Positions 1-12,800 of a stretch of 64,000 nucleotides of DNA are shown here, one piece after another. Both the position numbers and the translations under genes were made by a program. Origin of the DNA: Macrostomum lignano (Eukaryota); contig NIVC01000089.1 of NCBI GenBank assembly GCA_002269645.1, forward strand, positions 986,078-1,050,077, given 5' to 3'. Positions within the stretch are counted from its first letter, which is position 1. Every line of letters begins with the position of its first letter. Under the pieces are notes generated by a model. The model ran no database searches. It was given only the letters and a program-made list of their open reading frames with translations, and was not told where the DNA came from.

Positions 1-1035
1 TGTAGATTGATGCAGATTGATGCAGAATGCAGATTGATGCTGGTAAGGATGAGAACTGCTATACAATACTACTTCATCGGTTTAATTACCAAAATTTTCT
101 AAGCTGTGTATATCGCATTATCTCCCGTATAATCTCAACTATTAAATAGTTTAACCTGTGCTCCATCAGTCAGAGATAACTAGAGTAGATGCTAGTCTTT
201 TCCTCATTATTCCGCTTGTCTATCTGGTTTCATTATATTGATGGTTATAAGCATTGCTTTTATTTTCAACTTGTTCGCAAGCTGCCAGTCCAAATTCATA
301 AACCAATTTGGAACTTCAGGCTGTGTAAGTTATTTCGATTTTGTAACTGTTTCTAAATGCGTTTTTTCTCAGCCTTTTGTTGGTTTCCTGACATTCCATG
401 TTATTTTTGCTTTTTTAAAATCGGCTTTTCCTTTCACTGCTACTGCTAGTAGGCAGTCTGGCATCAGCTTCGCAGCTTGTGACGACACGCCAACAAGTTC
501 CGAGTGTTTCTCGCTTCTGCAATAATATTTTATCTGACATTAAACGGTTGCACCTTGTGAATATGCTGGCCAACTGTAAACATATATTTTTGACGCTTTA
601 AACCTCAGCTATTTTTTTACTTTGCCTAATAATTAAATTCTGCTAATTATCATATAACTGGCTAAGCAAAATAAATGACTTGCTTTTAAAATACTTCATT
701 GCAATGTGCCTGAAATTCTGTGTGTAGGAATTCTGTTTCACTTTACCCTGCTTGACCAGCTGATTGTTTCGACAGGTCTTTGTTTTAATTTTCTGTTTTA
801 TTTTTTCTAAGATGCGACCTCGAAAATCACAAGGGACACATGGTTAGCTATTTCTTTCATATAAAATTGCACATTTTTTAATCAGAATTGATGCTTCAAT
901 ATGTGCCCAACGTCATCTCGTGTCCTTATATGAACCATTATTTACATATTTTCAACACTTTCGTTGAGTCTACAGTACGTGGACTACAAAAAGCTTCTAG
1001 ACTTTTGCAATCTTGAATTTGATTGGACAATTGTT

Positions 1036-1366
1036 CTGAAGTTCATAGCGACAGGGTCCTGAAGTTCATAGAGACAGGGTCCTGATGTTCATAGAGACAG
1101 GGTCCAGATGTTCATAGAGACAGTGTCCTGAAGTTCATAGAGACAGGGTCCTGATGTTCATAGACACAGGGTCCTGAAGTTCATAGAGACAGGGCCCTGA
1201 AGTTCATAGAGACAGGGCCCTGAAGTTCATAGAGACAGGGTTCTGAAGTTCATAGCGACAGGGTCCTGGAGTTCATAGAGACAGGGTCCTGGAGTTCATA
1301 GACACAGGGTCCTGAAGTTCATAGAGACAGTGTCCTGAAGTTCATAGAGACAGTATCCTGAAGTTC
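1036..1366. repeat. 23-bp minisatellite (gaagttcatagagacagggtcct), ~14 copies
   Basis: Tandem units read directly. Confidence 0.95.
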
Positions 1367-1796
1367 AGTTAACGCCACGCGGCTTCGAACGCGGAAGAAT
1401 CATCCAAAACTATGATTTGCTCATCCTTGTTGCAGGGATAAAAGAATTGTTATGCAAGCTTTATTTTATAATGCGTATTTTATTAATCATCATACAGAAT
1501 GCCGAGATGTAAACAAAAAGTTCAGCTATATTTTCTTAAATATTTTTAACAATCCTACCCCTTGGTAACTGAGTTGTCCCATTCGAAAATATTAAATATA
1601 AATCCCTAATTTGTATTTTTGTCTCCGTTTGAGCAAAGGCCAACCTCATTTTTCCCAATCGAACTCGAGTCGTTGAGAAAATTATGAAACATTATTTATG
1701 ATTTGAGGCGTGTTGTGAGTAGCTCTTATGTGACATCGCTTGCACTGATCTATCTGTGTTTTAGTACAGTATATTTGCTAATATAAGTTCACTCAG

Positions 1797-1800
<4 letters not shown>

Positions 1801-1845
<45 letters not shown>
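1801..1845. repeat. (TG)n microsatellite
   Basis: ~22 TG units. Confidence 0.98.
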
Positions 1846-1848
<3 letters not shown>

Positions 1849-2094
1849 CGCGGCAAATGCATGTGGAACTGCTCACTAATGTGAGCTATTGAGCTCAGCT
1901 CGGCTTCCGCTGCACCCCGCCTCTGTGCGCCAACTATTCGGGTGCATTCCGAACTGTATGCCCAGCTACTCTTGAGAGAGATGAGCTGATGGTAATGCAA
2001 ATAGATGAGATCGATAGAGATAGTACAGACTGTGGGGATTTGTAGAAACTGAGAGACACATTTGCGAGTAGTTTGGCTAGAAAACAGAATTAGC

Positions 2095-2500
2095 GAAGAG
2101 AGAGGTGGGAGAATGAGAGAAGTGAGGGGGAGAGAGAAGTTCATAGAGTGAGAGAGTAGGCAAGAATGAGAGGACGGGTGAATGAGAGAAGAGAGTGAAA
2201 GAGAGAAGAGGGGGGAGAATGAGAGAAGAAAGGGGGAGAATGAGAGAAGAGAGGGGAGAATGAGAGAAGAGAGGAGAGAATGAGAGAAGAGAGGGGAGAA
2301 TGAGAGAAGAGAGGGGGAGAATGAGAGAAGAGACGGGAGAATGAGAGAAGAGAGGGGAGAATGAGAGAAGAGAGGGGAGAATGAGAGAAGAGAGGTGAGA
2401 ATGAGAGAAGAAAGGGGGAGAATGAGAGAAGAAAGGGGGAGAATGAGAGAAGAGAGGGGATAATTAGAGAATAGAGGGGAAAACGAGAGATGAGGGAGAG
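2095..2500. repeat. ~21-bp purine-rich minisatellite (gagaatgagagaagagagggg)
   Basis: Tandem units; explains ORF 1797..2597. Confidence 0.9.
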
Positions 2501-3507
2501 AGAAGGCAGTAAATAACAGAAAGCCGAGATGGGAGGCTCCAGTAAGAACGCAAAGGCAGACGCAGATGGTGCTGGTAAACAAGAAGAAGACGGACAAGAA
2601 AGCAGTCGAAAATTGAGTCGGAAGCCAGTTGTGAGCCCAAGTCTGTTTTCTGTTTTTATCGACTCGCTAATTGGTGTTTTGTGATGGCGAGTTTCTTAGC
2701 AAAGTGCTAATAGATAAATTGCTCAATTGCTTGGTGATTGTGTGGGCGGACATTTCTCTGCACGAGCACCTGATATAAACTGTATAGCAAGTAAAGAGAA
2801 GAGATATACTGCTCAAGCATATGGACACATATCTCCCTTGTCGTCTTGCTGGACTCTGGGCGTGTTGGTAAGCGCATGCTGGGAGAGAAGGCAAACTCTG
2901 CTTTGAGAGCGCGTGCGTGTTGCCTGTGAGTCAGCTGAGACCCTATGCTGGTAGTGTACATTCAAAGCGTACATTCCCACCAGCCGCAATGGCATTCATT
3001 TGCTCCGCTTTGCGCAAGGCACATAAACAGCTGACCAATTCTTTCCTTTTTTGAATTTCGCGGCAGGCAAAAGAAACGAAAAGCAATTCAAGCAACGGTC
3101 ACCGTATGGAGCCGCGGCAGGCTTGGCATACTGCATGTGGGGGCTGTTTGGCTTTAGTGCAGGCCTCGAGTGCGCGTGCTCTGAGCCTCCCTGCCCTCTC
3201 CTCTACAGGCTAGGGTGGGAAGTGGGGAGCTCTGCATGCAGTTGCCGATGCGATGACTCATCGTGCGCTAGCGAGTATGCGGCGCTATGAAGAGAAGGGG
3301 GTTTCGCGCTGCTCATGACTGGAGCACTCATATAATTGTTATTATAACTCGCAAATACCATTAGTGAATTTATGGATATGAATTAAAGGGCAGATTGTTC
3401 CCAGAAAGGATGAAACTCTCACTGTGGGCGGCTTTCGGCCCATTTTTAGCGCTAATAGGTTTATTCGGTGTTGTACTATTGCGTGAAATCGACTTAGTGC
3501 AGCTAAA

Positions 3508-4310
3508 CAATGACCATTTTAGTGCCCGAACAATGACCGTTTTAGTGCCCGAACAATGACCATTTTAGTGCCCGAACAATGAGCCTTTTAGTGCCTGAAC
3601 AATGACCATTTTAGTGCCTGAACAATGACCATTTTAGTGCCTGAACAATGAGCATTTTAGTGCCCGAACAATGACCGTTTTAGTGCCCGAACAATGACCG
3701 TTTTAGTGCCCGAACAATGACCGTTTTAGTGCCCGAACTATGACCATTTTAGTGCCCGAACAATGACCATTTTAGTGCCCGAACAATGACCATTTTAGTG
3801 CCCGAACAATGACCATTTTAGTGCCTGAACAATGAGCATTTTAGTGCCTGAATAATGACCATTTTAGTGCCTGAACAATGACCATTTTAGTGCCCGAACA
3901 ATGACCGTTTTAGTGCCCGAACAATGACCATTTTAGTGCCCGAACAATGACCATTTTGGTGCCCGAACAATGACCGTTTTAGTGCCCGAACAATGACCAT
4001 TTTAGTGCCCGAACAATGACCGTTTTAGTGCCCGAACTATGACCATTTTAGTGCCCGAACAATGACCATTTTAGTGCCCGAACAATGACCGTTTTAGTGC
4101 CCGAACAATGACCATTTTAGTGCCCGAACAATGACCATTTTGGTGCCCGAACAATGACCGTTTTAGTGCCCGAACAATGACCAATTTAACTAAAATAATT
4201 ACCAATTTAGCAGCAAAAACAATGACCAATTTAGCACCAAAAACAATGACCAATTTAGCACCAAAAACAATGACCAATTTAGCACCAAAAACAATGACCA
4301 ATTTAGCAGC
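3508..4310. repeat. 23-bp minisatellite (gaacaatgaccattttagtgccc) grading into a 24-bp variant
   Basis: ~29 near-identical units, then the aaaaacaatgaccaatttagcacc variant. Confidence 0.95.
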
Positions 4311-6832
4311 GACATAGGAGCAAATGAGGTTGATAGTAACCAAGTACGGTAACCGAGTTGTTATACCAAAGATAGCTGGGAATATAGTTATAAAGGCCTG
4401 AGGCGCTCCATGGCATAAGCCTCACCCCTATTGCGATGCACAGCCTACAAGCTGTAGCTGAGGTAGAAACATTTACGGTAGGTATATAAATAATAGCTAC
4501 TGTTTAGCTTAGCGATGAGTCAGCTCGCGCTGCAGTCCCCTGCACCTTAGCAGCTCCCAGCGTATTGTATAGCAAGCAGTCCATAAATGCTATGCGCCAG
4601 TTGCATTGCATTTGCCCTCTGCACCCGCGGCTCCGGTCAAATCTCTTTTCTTAATGTGTTGTGTGCGGCGCAGTTCCCATGCACTGTTTCATGGCTCAGT
4701 CTCTGCACTCGCGCCCAAAATCCTGCTCTCCTTCGCCTCACATCCTTCTCTAAGTCTATCCTTTTGTTCCCACGGACTAACTCCAATGAGGGTGTGGGAT
4801 TTGGGAACTGCTGGATGAGTCATCCAACTTCCTGAACTCATCCGGGACTCGTGCCTACAGTTCTATTTGAAAAATCCATAGTGCATTTCCAAACTGAAAC
4901 ACCTGAAACCGAGTCAGTGCGCAATTTAAGTGGCGGTGCTTGCTCTAAAATCGAAATAAACGTTTTAGACAAATTAGAGGCTTCAGCGTTAAGTCTGTAT
5001 CAACTTATTGTTGCAGTACAGAAATAGAAAGTTTCTGTTTTAAATTTCATTAAATTTCATAACATTTATATTGTAAGGCTTTTTGTAACTATGAGCAAGA
5101 GATTTGAAGAAAGAACAGCTTGTCCTTTTTTGACATTTTGATCAAATGTCTGTAAAAAGACCGCCAGCAGGGATAACGAAAAGAGTCAGAGATGAAAGCC
5201 GGGAAGGATTGGAGGTGACCCGATTTGACCTCTCCAGTCTCAGCTGACGAGGGGGGGGGGCTAGCCTCAGCTTTTGCCCCTCGCGCTCTTTTCCTCCCCT
5301 CACAGTCCACACCCCAACCCCTGTCCTAGGTCGACCCCCTGTCCTTACACGGTGCGTTCAACATACCAAACGTTGGGGGGTTGGTGTCCTCAAGAAAGGA
5401 AATGGGGAGGGTTGATAACTATTTGCGTAGCAGTGCTGGAGCCGTGGGAATGGCGGGCAGGGGTTGACAGCATGAGGTTGGGGAGGGGGGGTTGGGTGTT
5501 TAGCCAAGGAGAAACAAATCTAAATATATGCGGTATTGCGGTGTGTGTACATGCCCGGAATTTCGGAGAAGGGTTGTCGCGAGAAACCCCAAGCGTGTGC
5601 GTACATTCAGTTCATTATCTATCCCTCTACCCCCTCCCTGTGCTGCAATCCGCCTGACCCGTAGAGGTCAGGCTGGGACAAGCCACCGGTTCAGCCCAGG
5701 ACGGCAGGGCCCTCACTCAGCTGATTGGGGAGAGGGGTGGCAGCGTTTCAGCCCCAACCCCCCCCCCCGTATTGAATTTGTGGTGCTGGTGCAGAGAAGG
5801 GGGTGTGGGTGCCCAACGGGAGGCCATGCGGGGTCTGGGGGGGGGGTGGTGGGAGAGGCAATGAGGTTGGGGGAGGGGGGGTTGAACTCTGCGCATCCAG
5901 ATAAAAGGCGCAACCCCCGGCGCAATTGCCACTGCCAGTTCTCCGCTCTCCGCTGCTAGTCAGCTCTCTTAGGCGAGAAATTGGCAAAGCTTTATATACG
6001 AGTATTTGATTTTTTATCTTCCTTTAACCACGGACGTGTTGTCCTTGCAACCAAACAGGATACAGAACTCAACTGTTGCCCCCGGTCGTCGAGATCATTC
6101 AAGCGGCTTATAGATTTAACTCTGCATTATAATTTGACGTGGGTTGGTGGTCATTCGGTGTCACTGTGCTAATTTATTAATTAATAATTGCGCCTGTCAC
6201 CGGGTGGTCATTCATCCGCAGAAAGCAGACTAATCTACAGTTTATGTCCCACCCCCGCCGTCCACACAATATTTGACTTGTCATGGCGGCCGTGAATTTC
6301 AGTTGATTAGCCTCGTACTTCAGGTTGTTAATAAAATTGCAAAACACTAATAATGTGTTGTTTAATCTCTTGACTGCTTCAAAGCTGAAGTTGGGATCTG
6401 TTTGTACTGTTATTAACTATCCTATATGCCCCGGAATGTGGGTAGGCCTGGACCGTACGATCATTCAAAGCCTCGAGGTCATGACCCCGAATAAAGTACA
6501 TGTACGAGTGGCCCAGTAGTCAGCATCCATACCTAAAGCTGCCTTGTGAGGCGAATTGAGATCGAAGCGACTCCAGAAGAGCAGCTGCCAAAGTGTCCGA
6601 GATTGATCGATCTGGCCTAGGATAGTCGATTCCCAACCTTACCAACCCTAAATCCCATCACTTCGAAACTAACCAAAAGTTTCCTTCGTGACCTTTAAAA
6701 TTCACCTTCATTTTGTTTACATTCTGAGGAACAGCTGCACTTGCTGCACTACTAACAGTAGCAAAACTTGCGCTTCTTGATTATATTGTGTTTTCAAACG
6801 TCAGAACAAAGCTATTTAGAAGAATTGCGAAT

Positions 6833-7085
6833 GTCTCACCGTCTGTCTCGCTTGGCTATCTCACCGCCTGTCTCACCGCCTGTCTCACTGCCTGTCTCAC
6901 TTGGCTGTCTCACCGCCTGTCTCACCACCTGTCTCACTGCCTGTCTCACTTAGCTGTCTCACCGCCTGTCTCGCCACCTGTCTCACTTGGCTATCTCACC
7001 GCCTGTCTCACCGCCTGTCTCACCGCCTGTCTTACTTGGCTGTCTCACTTGGCCGTCTGACCGCCTGTCTTACCACCTGTCCCAC
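6833..7085. repeat. 12-bp-core minisatellite (ctgtctcaccgc), copy 1
   Basis: Tandem units; the same family recurs at 9292-9690. Confidence 0.9.
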
Positions 7086-7403
7086 TCGCAGCGCAGTATT
7101 AACAATGCAGCCATACATCATGTACAATAAGTCATAATTATGCGGTCACACAGTGTAGTTGATCCACTTTTCATTACCATAATCTTTTTTCAATTTACGT
7201 GAGTAGCAAAACAGAATTAAACAACAATAAAAGCCGCACGCACCTCTAGTACGGCACCTATATTAGACGGAAACTTTTTTCAATGTTTTATGACTAAAAT
7301 TGACTACAAGCCGAGAATCAAAAACTATGAAGCAAGTCATGTCATGGTATTATTGGTTGCAGTTAAATTGTCAGCATCCGGTTAGCAACCGGCTGTGTCC
7401 GGA

Positions 7404-7604
7404 TCAAAGAAGCAGACAGCCTCCCTTCTCCTGGAACGGATTGTCTTTCTTGGATGCGAAACCGGACACCAGGAAGTCCCTGTCCTTGTTGCTGTTCATG
7501 AAGCCGATCATGTCCTTGACGCACTCGGACACCGGTTTGCAAACCATGCTGGCCTCGGAGCGGAGCTGCTCAACAATCTTCTTCTGCTGGGCGATGGAGG
7601 ACAT
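7404..7604 (-). CDS. GNG: Heterotrimeric G-protein gamma subunit (GGL domain), 66 aa, single coding exon
   Basis: MSSIAQQKKIVEQLRSEASMVCKPVSECVKDMIGFMNSNKDRDFLVSGFASKKDNPFQEKGGCLLL: typical length, D-x-L and NPF motifs, C-terminal CaaX (CLLL). ATG at 7604; splice acceptor 14 nt upstream of it. Confidence 0.96.
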   Translation of the reverse strand: MSSIAQQKKIVEQLRSEASMVCKPVSECVKDMIGFMNSNKDRDFLVSGFASKKDNPFQEKGGCLLL

Positions 7605-7699
7605 TGCTTGCAGATTTCCTGGAGGCGAGTCGTTTGGAAAATAAGAGCGTATAAAAGAGCAGCGTGTACTTCTGTTCTCTAGACTTTCTAGCATTGTTG

Positions 7700-8625
7700 G
7701 TGTCTCCTATCTGTCTTAGTAGTGTCTCCTGTCTGTCTTAGTAGTGTCTCCCGTCTGTCTTAGTAGGTGTCTCCCGTCTGTCTTAGTAGTATCTCCCGTC
7801 TGTCTTAGTAGTATCTCCCATCTGTCTTAGTAGTGTCTCCCGTCTGTCTTAGTAGTATCTCCCGTCTGTCTTAGTAGTGTCTCCCGTCTGTCTTAGTAGT
7901 GTATCCCGTCTGTCTTAGTAGTGTCTCCCATCTGTCTGAGTAGTATCTCCCATCTGTCTTAGTAGTGTCTCCCGTCTGTCTTAGTAGTGTCTCCCGTCTG
8001 TCTTAGTGATATCCCCGTCTGTCTTAGTAGTGTCTCCCGTCTGTCTTAGTAGTGTCTCCCGTCTGTCTTAGTAGTGTATCCCGTCTTTCTTAGTAGTGTC
8101 TCCCATCTGTCTGAGTAGTATCTCCCATCTGTCTTAGTAGTGTCTCCCGTCTGTCTTAGTGGTATCTCCCGTCTGTCTTAGTAGTGTCTCCCATCTGTCT
8201 TAGTGATATCTCCCGTCTGTCTTAGTAGTGTCTCCCGTCTGTCTTAGTAGTGTCTCCCGTCTGTCTTAGTAGTATCTCCCGTCTGTCTTAGTAGTGTCTC
8301 CCGTCTGTCTTAGTAGTATCTCCCATCTGTCTTAGTAGTGTCTCCCGTCTGTCTTAGTAGTGTCTCCCGTCTGTCTTAGTAGTGTCTCCCGTCTGTCTTA
8401 GTAGTGTATCCCGTCTGTCTTAGTAGTGTCTCCCGTCTGTCTTAGTAGTGTCTCCCGTCTGTCTTAGTAGTGTATCCCGTCTGTCTTAGTAGTGTCTCCC
8501 GTCTGTCTTAGTAGTGTCTCCCGTCTGTCTTAGTAGTGTATCCAGTCTGTCTTAGTAGTGTCTCCCGTCTGTCTTAGTAGGTGTCTCCCATCTGTCTGAG
8601 TAGTGTCTCCCGTCTGTCTTAGTAA
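7700..8625. repeat. 22-bp minisatellite (gtagtgtctcccgtctgtctta), ~42 copies, in the predicted 5' intron of the G-gamma gene
   Basis: Tandem units between donor 8768 and acceptor 7619. Confidence 0.95.
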
Positions 8626-8768
8626 TCTTTTGCAAAGTCTTATCCCAACATTGTCTTCGTTAAAGCCAGTGTTTTCTGCCCGTCTTTAGTGTCTGTCTGT
8701 CTGTTTCTGCGCCTCTGTAGCCAAATAAACTGTTGTTTGAAAGCAGCAGATGCCATTGTCCCACTCAC

Positions 8769-9034
8769 CCTTTTAGTAGACTTTTGCTTTGTCGTCCTGT
8801 GAATATGTATAGAATTTGCCGCAATCCGATTTTTTCCGTTTCAGCTGGGAATCCTCAAGAAGGGAGTTTTGTTCCAAGCGTCGAAGGTCTCTAGCGCCGG
8901 CTGTGGACCCATCTGCTTCTTCTTTCCCTTCCTCTCTTGTCTTCCCAACCCTCTCCCGTGCTTCAGGCTTCTCTGATCCCAGCTTGGGATGCGGGACCGG
9001 ACTCAGCCCCGTCCCCTGCTGAGTACTCTGAGTC
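8769..9034 (-). other. Predicted upstream exon of the G-gamma transcript (5' UTR or uORF-bearing)
   Basis: Acceptor ttcgtcttttctcccgactcgcag|G at 9035/9034; consensus donor AAGG|GTGAGT at 8769/8768; one frame open for 86 codons, ending in TAA 4 nt before the donor. Confidence 0.6.
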
Positions 9035-9291
9035 CTGCGAGTCGGGAGAAAAGACGAAATGCAGAGATAGAGATGGGCGGCACCAACTGCTCCTGTACGA
9101 GCGTACAGGCTCATAAGCTGCATCGATCGAATCTCAAAAGAAACTCTCATCACCAGGGTGCACTCGTGGCGACGAGTTTGTGTGTTTACAGCTCTTCTTG
9201 AGACCGCATACATCTCATGACCCATGAAAAAGAGTTCAAAATGTACTTTCTTTTAACCTTGTTTGTTAGTATCTTTTCTCTGTGCTACTGA

Positions 9292-9690
9292 ACACTATCT
9301 CACCGCCTGTCTCACTTGTCTGTCTCACCGCCTGTCTCACCGCCTGTCTCACTTGTCTGTCTCACCGCCTGTCTCACTTGGCTGTCTCACCGCCTGTCTT
9401 ATCACACACTTAGCTGTTTCACCGCCTGTCTCACGGCCTGTCTCACCGCCTGTCTCACTTGGCTGTCTCACCGCCTGTCTTATCACACACTTAGCTGTTT
9501 CACCGCCTGTCTCACCACCGTCTCACCGCCTGTCTCACCGCCTGTCTCACCGCCTGTCTCATCACACACTTAGCTGTTTCACCGCCTCTCTCATCACACA
9601 CTTAGCTGTTTCACCACCCGTCTCATCACGCACTTAGCTGTTTAACCACCCGTCTTATCACACACTTAGCTCTTTCCCGCCCGTCTCACC
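9292..9690. repeat. 12-bp-core minisatellite (ctgtctcaccgc), copy 2
   Basis: Same unit and orientation as 6833-7085. Confidence 0.9.
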
Positions 9691-10355
9691 ACTTATAAAA
9701 GAGAACTCATGAAAAGAAGTACGTAAAAGAGAGTTTGTTCAATTTTTTTTAAATGAAAAGTGCACTTTTAAAAGTCAATCTGTCAATCATCTCTTATTGC
9801 TGCACTTCTTGAAGAGCGACCTTCATGTCCAACTCTCGTTCTCGCGCAGACGTCATCGCAACTACTGCAGTGACAACACTTTTAGCTCAAGTTTTTTCAG
9901 GCGTTTACCAACTTTCCCCTAAAACTTTAGCCGGCTGTCTCACGGTTAGAAAAAGTGAATTGTCTCTCCCCGGCTCCTAAACAGAAGGATTGTTTAACTA
10001 TTTTGGTCTCAAACCCGCCTCATCCCCCTGTGCAGCAGCGCCCAGGCAGCAGACATAAATAATTCAGCAGCTGGGACTGCCTCACTGATCCGTCGGGAGG
10101 AGGACGAGAGAGAGCAGTGTGCGCATCGGTGCTGCTCAGCCGTACCTGATAAAGCCCATTGGAACTCCGACAAAGGCGACACAGCCGGAGCTCTAAGCAA
10201 CACACTTAGAGACAGAGAGCTAAAGTGATGGGGTGGGGTCGGGAATTGGGAAGAGCTGTTAGGAAAGAAAATAGGAACCGCATTGGAGGGAAAAGAATGC
10301 CATCTCGGACGGGCTTAGGGGATAAAACACTCCGCTTCTCCATCCTTCTCTACAG

Positions 10356-11299
10356 TTGAGTCCAGCATCCTTCCCAAGGCTGATGCGGCAGTCATGACTC
10401 CCGCAGCAGTTGCCAGGCAGATTCAGTCCACGGATTACGACCAGTGGTCCAGGAGACGGCCTGCTCCGCAGGAGCTGCCGCAGCAGCAGCAATCGCGAAA
10501 GCAACAACACCGGAGACGCAGGCAGCACCGGCGGGGGAGCTGCGAAGTCGGCGATGACGCGGCTGCAGCGGAGCGGCGGGAGCGGGACGAGCTGCGCCGA
10601 GAGCAGCGCCGGCAGAAGCGCGACGCAGCCGCTGCCAAACGATCGTGGCTGCCCAGCGTGCAGAACATCTCGCTCTTGGGGCCGCCGACCTCGGTGCCGC
10701 CACCGTCGCAGCTGTCCAAAAAGACGCTGAAGACGCCGCCGCTGCTGCTGCCGCCAGCTTGCAAGGCGTCGCCATGCAGCACCGGCAGCTGTTCGGTGTC
10801 CAGCGGCCGCCGCGGCGATGGTGACGACGCTGACGGCAGCAGCAGCAGCGAGACACCGACTGAGGCCTCGAACGATTCTGAATCCGAGACGCTCGCGAAC
10901 GCTGAGCTTGCGGGGGCGATCCGGAACGAGGAGGATGAGGAGGAGCTGGCTGAGCGGCAGTTCCTCCTGTCGCTGGGCATCAACTACAGTCCCGGCCGGT
11001 TCCGCTGTCGGCGTCGCGACGGCGACCGCGGCGGAGGCGGACGGCGTCAGCAGCGCCGGTGCTACGTTGCGGACGCGATGACGGCTCTCGCTGCCTCGGC
11101 CGCTTCCCCGACGGCGCCTCGCTCGGTGTCGCTGAGTCGAGCTGTCCACGTGACCCGGCTGAACCGAGTAGACGATGCTGAAGGCGAAGACGGAGAGGGT
11201 GACGATGGCCTTCTGGAAAATCCAAGGCGACGGAAGCTGCGGCTGGACGAGTTGGAGAGACGGCATCGGGCGGCGAAAGCGGCGGCTGCGGCCTCTTGA
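10356..11299 (+). CDS. Uncharacterised low-complexity protein (301 aa from ATG 10394; frame open from a splice acceptor at 10355/10356)
   Basis: High-GC3 ORF with Gln/Arg/Ala runs, an acidic patch (EEDEEELAERQFLLSLGINY) and a basic NLS-like tail (PRRRKLR). Acceptor ccatccttctctacag| lies upstream in phase 1. No domain recognised. Confidence 0.65.
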
Positions 11300-11399
11300 C
11301 TTTGAGCTGGATTTGAGATCTAGGGGTGAGATTAGGAGATCAAATCTTGGAAGGATTAGAAATTTTAAGATAGAAGGGGGAGATTAGATATCACAGGGT

Positions 11400-11915
11400 A
11401 AAATTAGAGATTAAAGGGTGAGATAGGAATACAAGGTGAGATTAGAGAGCACAGGATGATATTGGAGATCACAGGGTGAGATTAGAAATTACACGGTGAG
11501 ATTAGAGATCACAGAGTGAGATTAGAAATCACAGAGTGAGATTAGAGATCACAGAGTGAGATTAGAGATCACAGAGTGAGATTAGAAATCACAGAGTGAG
11601 ATTAGAGATCACAGAGTGAGATTAGAGATCACAGAGCGAGATTAGAGATCACAGAGTGAGATTAGAGATCACAGAGTGAAATTAGAGACCACAGAGTGAG
11701 ATTAGAGATCACAAGGTGATCTCTCCTTGGAGATCACAGGGTGAGATTAGAGATTAAAAGGTAAGATTAGAGATTACAAGGTGAGATTTAGAGATCACAG
11801 GGTGAGATTAAAGATCACAGAATGAGATTAGAGATTACATGGAGAGATAAGAAATCACAGGGTGAGATTATAGATAGTAGGGTGAAATTAGAAATTACAG
11901 TGGAGATTAGAGATC
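11400..11915. repeat. 20-bp minisatellite (gagattagagatcacagagt)
   Basis: Tandem units. Confidence 0.92.
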
Positions 11916-12319
11916 TTAATCTGATCCGGTTGTCCAACTTTGCTTCATTCGCAGAAATGATTTTTCCCGTGTTAAAATGCGCTTCTCATGTCATTCGGAA
12001 CTTCACTTCAATTCATAAAATTGTTTGTTTTATTGCATAAAGTCAAACTTCTTGCCTCAAAATTTTGGAGCTTATATAATAATTTTGTGTACCACCTGTT
12101 CGCTTAGTAATTCTCAGAATATATATGAATAGAATTAACTGCTAGCACAATATTAATCGCCGGTTGTGTAATCTCGAATTCACACTCGACGAGCTCCCTG
12201 ATGAGCGAAGTTGATCATCTTGTTTGGTGCTCCACTGCAGATTTTGCTTGATTTTCCTGCTGGAGACTCGCGACTGCCCAACACTTCTACATAAGTGCAT
12301 CTGCTTTTCCCTCTTCTCC

Positions 12320-12800
12320 TACCCCACTCTCCTCTCCCCCTCTCCCTCTCTCTCACCCTCTCTCTCCCCCAACTCTCCTCACTCTCCCCACTCTCCCCAC
12401 TCTCCCCACTCTCCCCACTCTCCTCACTCTCTTCACTCTCCCACTCTCCTCACTCTCCCACTCTCCCACTCTCCTCACTCTCCCACTCTCCCCACTCTCC
12501 TCACTCTCCCCACTCTCCTCACTCTCCCACTCTCCCCACTCTCCCCACTCTCCCCACTCTCCTCACTCTCCCACTCTCTTCCACTCTCCTCACTCTCTTC
12601 ACTCTCCCACTCTCCTCACTCTCCCACTCTCCCCACTCTCCCCACTCTCCTCACTCTCCCACTCTCTTCACTCTCCTCACTCTCCCACTCTCCCACTCTC
12701 CTCACTCTCCCACTCTCCCCACTCTCCCTCTTCCCCTTCTCCTTTCTTCCACTTTCCTTTTTCCCCACTGTCCTCTCCCCCAGTCTCCTATCTCTCCCAC
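12320..12800. repeat. CT-rich ~9-bp repeat (cactctccc/cactctcct)
   Basis: Low-complexity tandem array; explains the HSP-repeat ORFs. Confidence 0.9.

Noticed and set aside
230-1030. AT-rich stretch with partly open minus-strand frames, possibly a decayed transposon ORF
   Set aside because: Many stops and no recognisable catalytic motif.
10259-11266. 335-aa minus-strand ORF and other overlapping ORFs
   Set aside because: Antisense shadows of the GC-rich + strand ORF 10394..11299.
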